NCBI GenBank assembly: GCA_964235795.1
Contig: CAXSBW010000007.1
Span: 12,173 to 56,926 of the forward strand
Direction of reading: 5' to 3'
Source of the DNA: an uncultured Acidobacteriaceae bacterium
GTDB lineage: Bacteria > Acidobacteriota > Terriglobia > Terriglobales > Acidobacteriaceae
DNA length: 44,754 nucleotides
Within the stretch, counting starts at the first letter, position 1; every line of letters starts with the position of its first letter. The notes beneath the pieces are model-generated. The model was not told the DNA's origin and ran no database searches. It was given only the letters and a program-made list of their open reading frames with translations. The translations under genes were made by a program, and so were the position numbers. Shown here one piece after another: positions 42,237 through 44,754 of the stretch.

Positions 42237-42995
42237 CTACTGTACGGGTTCCGGCCTCGGGTCAGGAGCCGTGGTGTTTTCGGGGCTGCCTTCCGGGTCT
42301 TCTCCTTCCTGAACGGCCCCGATCAGCGGGTGATCCTTGACCCCCTCCTCGTTCTCTGTCTTCGCAATTCCGGCCTGCTCAAGCTGCGTCGGCGGAGTGA
42401 AGATGCTGCCCCCTTCCTCCGGCACAAGTCCGCCCTTTGTGTCGTTGGCCGACGGCGCGGAGGTCGACTCAAAAGACTGCGTGTTGCCCTTTTCTGTCTT
42501 TGTCGGCACCTGTGCCTGATCACCCAGCTGCGTGGCATCGCCCAATACCAGAGTCTCCGGCTGCCCCTCGACGATGGTGGCCTTCTGCTGGTAGGCGTCA
42601 ACCATTGTCTTCGTGTGAAGGTTTGGGTTGAACCCTGTCGTGGCCACGGTTGCGGTCTCCGGCAGCTTCGCATCGGTGTCGCCTGAAACCTCCTTAGCGC
42701 TCGGCAGGATGTCGAGCCAGAATGACCCGACTAGGCCGCCCTTCGCCTCGTCATGGCTCGAGTGTCGTACGGGAGTAGTGATTGACCAGGCGCGCGCGAA
42801 GTCTATGGTGTTCAGAAACTTCGACTTCTTGTCGGCAAGAAAAGCCACGGTGAGGGAGGGCTCCCCGTCTTCCCCCTCGTGCTCCTCCCCGCGCACGGTG
42901 GAAAGAACCACCCCCGGTACGAACGTTTGTTCCCCGCCGGAGCGGATCGCGATGCTGACAAAATCTCCCTGCTGCACTTCCTTGGCTGCTGGCAT
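42237..42995 (-). CDS. Hypothetical protein (SH3-like N-terminus, acidic disordered tail)
   Basis: GAGGAG SD, 252 aa, followed by a terminator. Confidence 0.7.
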   Translation of the reverse strand: MPAAKEVQQGDFVSIAIRSGGEQTFVPGVVLSTVRGEEHEGEDGEPSLTVAFLADKKSKFLNTIDFARAWSITTPVRHSSHDEAKGGLVGSFWLDILPSAKEVSGDTDAKLPETATVATTGFNPNLHTKTMVDAYQQKATIVEGQPETLVLGDATQLGDQAQVPTKTEKGNTQSFESTSAPSANDTKGGLVPEEGGSIFTPPTQLEQAGIAKTENEEGVKDHPLIGAVQEGEDPEGSPENTTAPDPRPEPVQ

Positions 42996-43034
42996 TGTGG
43001 CTCCTCTTCAATGCGGTGCGGAGTGCCTGAGCAC

Positions 43035-44393
43035 TCAGGTGAAAAGTTGTGCGTCTACGTCGGCCCAGCGGAGTGCTTTGTCGCTGAACCTGAACTGGCA
43101 GACGCCGACCGGCCCGTTGCGCTGCTTCGCGATGATGATTTCGGCTTTCCCTTTGAGCGATTCTTCCTCGCGGCTGTAGTACTCCTCGCGGTGCAAAAAG
43201 GCCACCACGTCGGCATCTTGCTCGACAGCCCCCGATTCGCGCAGGTCAGACAGCATCGGACGCTTGTCAGTTCGCGTTTCGTTCTTGCGATTGAGCTGCG
43301 ATAGGCAGACGACCGGGACATTGAGGTCTTTGGCCATTGCCTTTAAAGCTCGACTGGTTGCTGCCACCTCCTGCTCGCGGTTGCCGTAGCGCCCGCTCGA
43401 CGCCTCGGCCTTCATCAGCCCGATGTAGTCGATTAGCACCAAGTCCAAGCCTTCCCGCTGTTTGAGATTTTGGCATTTCGCGTGAATACTGGTGGCGCTC
43501 AGGAAAGAAGAGTCGTCGATATAGAGCGGAGATGCGTCGATCTCCCGGCGCGCCTGCGTCACGTAGTAGCGCTGCGAGTCGTTCAACCCTCCCTTTCGGA
43601 ACCTGTCAGAATCCACCTGTGCGCGAGAGCAGTACATCCTCTCTAGCAGCGCCTTTTGCTTCATTTCCAGCGAGAACACCGCAACGATCCGCTTTTGTTC
43701 TACAGCCGTATTCTCCGCAACGTTGCCAAGCCATGCAGTTTTCCCCATCGATGGCCGCGCGGCAATGATCGTCAACTCGCCTCGCTGAAACCCGCACGTC
43801 ATAGCGTCGTAGGCGGAAAGCCCGCTGGGGATGCCGGTCTCCTTCGCGGTCTGCTCAAACAGCGAGTAATCGCCGCCGGGGTACAGACCCCGGGAAATTT
43901 GGCCGGCCTGCATCAGCGTGTCGAGCACTAGGCGCGACCGAATGCCCTGGAAGGCTCGCTCTGCTTCGGCTAGAACCTCTTCGGCCTCGTCCTCCTGATC
44001 GGCAGCCATGGTGATGGCGCGCGAGCTTTCCGTGACGACAGCGCGCAAGGTGGCTTTGTCGAGCACAATGCGCACGTACTCTTCAATGGAAACGCGACGG
44101 GGCATGTTTTCGGTAAGCGACGCGAGGTAGGCGATTCCACCGACCGCTTCCAGCTCCTTGTGTTTGCTTAGAAGCTCACGCAGTGTCAAAAGGTCCACCG
44201 CGCGCCCCTGTGCCATGAGGGTTGTCATGCGCGAGAAAATGCGGCGGTGAGGGTCAAGCGCGAAATCTTCGGCCACCAGGCGCTCTGCCGCTTGATAGAA
44301 CATCGCGTTGTCGAGCAGGATCGCCCCAAGAACGGCGCGTTCAGCGTCAACGGCGACTGGTAGGCCGCGCTCGAATTGGAGGTTGGGCGTCAT
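43035..44393 (-). CDS. dnaB: Replicative DNA helicase DnaB
   Basis: AERAVLGAILLDN, AARPSMGKT, FSLEM, IDYIGLM, LSQLNR, SDLRESGAVEQDAD, AKQRNGP. ATGA overlap with the upstream gene. Confidence 0.95.
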   Translation of the reverse strand: MTPNLQFERGLPVAVDAERAVLGAILLDNAMFYQAAERLVAEDFALDPHRRIFSRMTTLMAQGRAVDLLTLRELLSKHKELEAVGGIAYLASLTENMPRRVSIEEYVRIVLDKATLRAVVTESSRAITMAADQEDEAEEVLAEAERAFQGIRSRLVLDTLMQAGQISRGLYPGGDYSLFEQTAKETGIPSGLSAYDAMTCGFQRGELTIIAARPSMGKTAWLGNVAENTAVEQKRIVAVFSLEMKQKALLERMYCSRAQVDSDRFRKGGLNDSQRYYVTQARREIDASPLYIDDSSFLSATSIHAKCQNLKQREGLDLVLIDYIGLMKAEASSGRYGNREQEVAATSRALKAMAKDLNVPVVCLSQLNRKNETRTDKRPMLSDLRESGAVEQDADVVAFLHREEYYSREEESLKGKAEIIIAKQRNGPVGVCQFRFSDKALRWADVDAQLFT

Positions 44394-44668
44394 GCTTGGG
44401 GAGGGTGAGGGTGCTGCATGGTGCCGTAGTGATGGGTGCCGCCCAGCGGGTCCGGGTGGGTGCATCCGGGGCAGTCGGGAAAGGGCCGGCGCTCTTTCTC
44501 CAGCCGGTACCGTTCCAGCTTTGCGTAGAGGGTTGAGCGGGAGATGCCGAGCGACTTGGCAGCGGCGCTGTAATTTCCTGCCATCACCTTCATGCGTCGA
44601 AGGATCGCCCGCATCTCCATCTCCGCCAAAGTCGGCATGGGCTCTGGGCTGGGTATCGCTTGGATCAT
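44390..44668 (-). CDS. Stand-alone Fis-family HTH protein
   Basis: LAEMEMRAI...GNYSAAAKSLGISRSTLYAKLERY. GAGG SD. Confidence 0.85.
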   Translation of the reverse strand: MIQAIPSPEPMPTLAEMEMRAILRRMKVMAGNYSAAAKSLGISRSTLYAKLERYRLEKERRPFPDCPGCTHPDPLGGTHHYGTMQHPHPPQA

Positions 44669-44681
44669 TGTTCTAACCTCT

Positions 44682-44754
44682 CTAGGTCGCTCCAGCTATC
44701 AGTGCGTAACTCCACCCTCCAATGCCGGCGAAGAAGTGGCATTGGAGGTAACCC
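44682..44754 (-). pseudogene. Truncated C5-cytosine DNA methyltransferase fragment
   Basis: Minus frame reads GYLQCHFFAGIGGWSYALIAGAT*. Motif I of phage Dcm-like MTases is followed by a stop before the PCQ catalytic motif. Confidence 0.65.

Larger units (their letters stand above)
1..44754. mobile_element. Partial genome of a tailed dsDNA phage/prophage, podovirus-like
   Basis: Contiguous replication, lysis, portal-scaffold-capsid, adaptor/nozzle, ejection-protein and terminase genes. No host housekeeping operon, integrase or att site visible, so free phage versus prophage is undetermined. Confidence 0.93.

Noticed and set aside
44716-44748. Perfect 11-bp inverted repeat at the right edge as a transposon end or terminator
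   Set aside because: Lies within the MTase motif I codons, with no U-tract and no transposase.
1-44754. CRISPR array, tRNA/rRNA, integrase/att, DGR, tape measure or sheath genes
   Set aside because: No repeat-spacer array, cloverleaf, recombinase or reverse transcriptase motifs, or long-tail genes were recognised by eye. tRNAscan and HMM searches would be needed to exclude them formally.

Overview
The window is a large, almost fully coding segment of a GC-rich tailed dsDNA phage or prophage with a podovirus-like (P22/T7-type) virion module. There is no tape measure, sheath or integrase in view. The host may be an Acidobacteriota member, inferred weakly from the DnaB N-terminus. The + strand runs as follows: 3' end of a replication initiator and a helicase-loader-like gene; a secreted clan-A glycoside hydrolase; small Zn-finger and permuted NlpC/P60 genes; four signal-peptide-bearing fibre/tailspike/glycanase proteins; a lysis cassette (GH73 endolysin, holin candidates); portal, scaffold, major capsid; a free-standing HNH endonuclease; adaptor and nozzle; a Hint-domain tail protein; a GNAT-like protein; three DNA-ejection proteins, the last about 2230 aa with a ParB-like insert; TerS; and a TerL split into two genes. 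A convergent - strand block holds a hypothetical gene, DnaB, a Fis-type HTH and a truncated C5-methyltransferase. Main unexplained signals: (1) a WAATGSTA motif in front of nine genes, which are either apparently leaderless or have their RBS in a hairpin overlapping the motif, suggesting a promoter-gated late translation system; (2) five fibre-like or glycanase proteins with Sec signal peptides and +1 Gln; (3) a Hint cassette inserted inside one repeat of a tail protein; (4) a translationally coupled two-gene large terminase; (5) a small gene overprinted in the giant ejection protein. All protein calls come from motif recognition by eye, not database searches.
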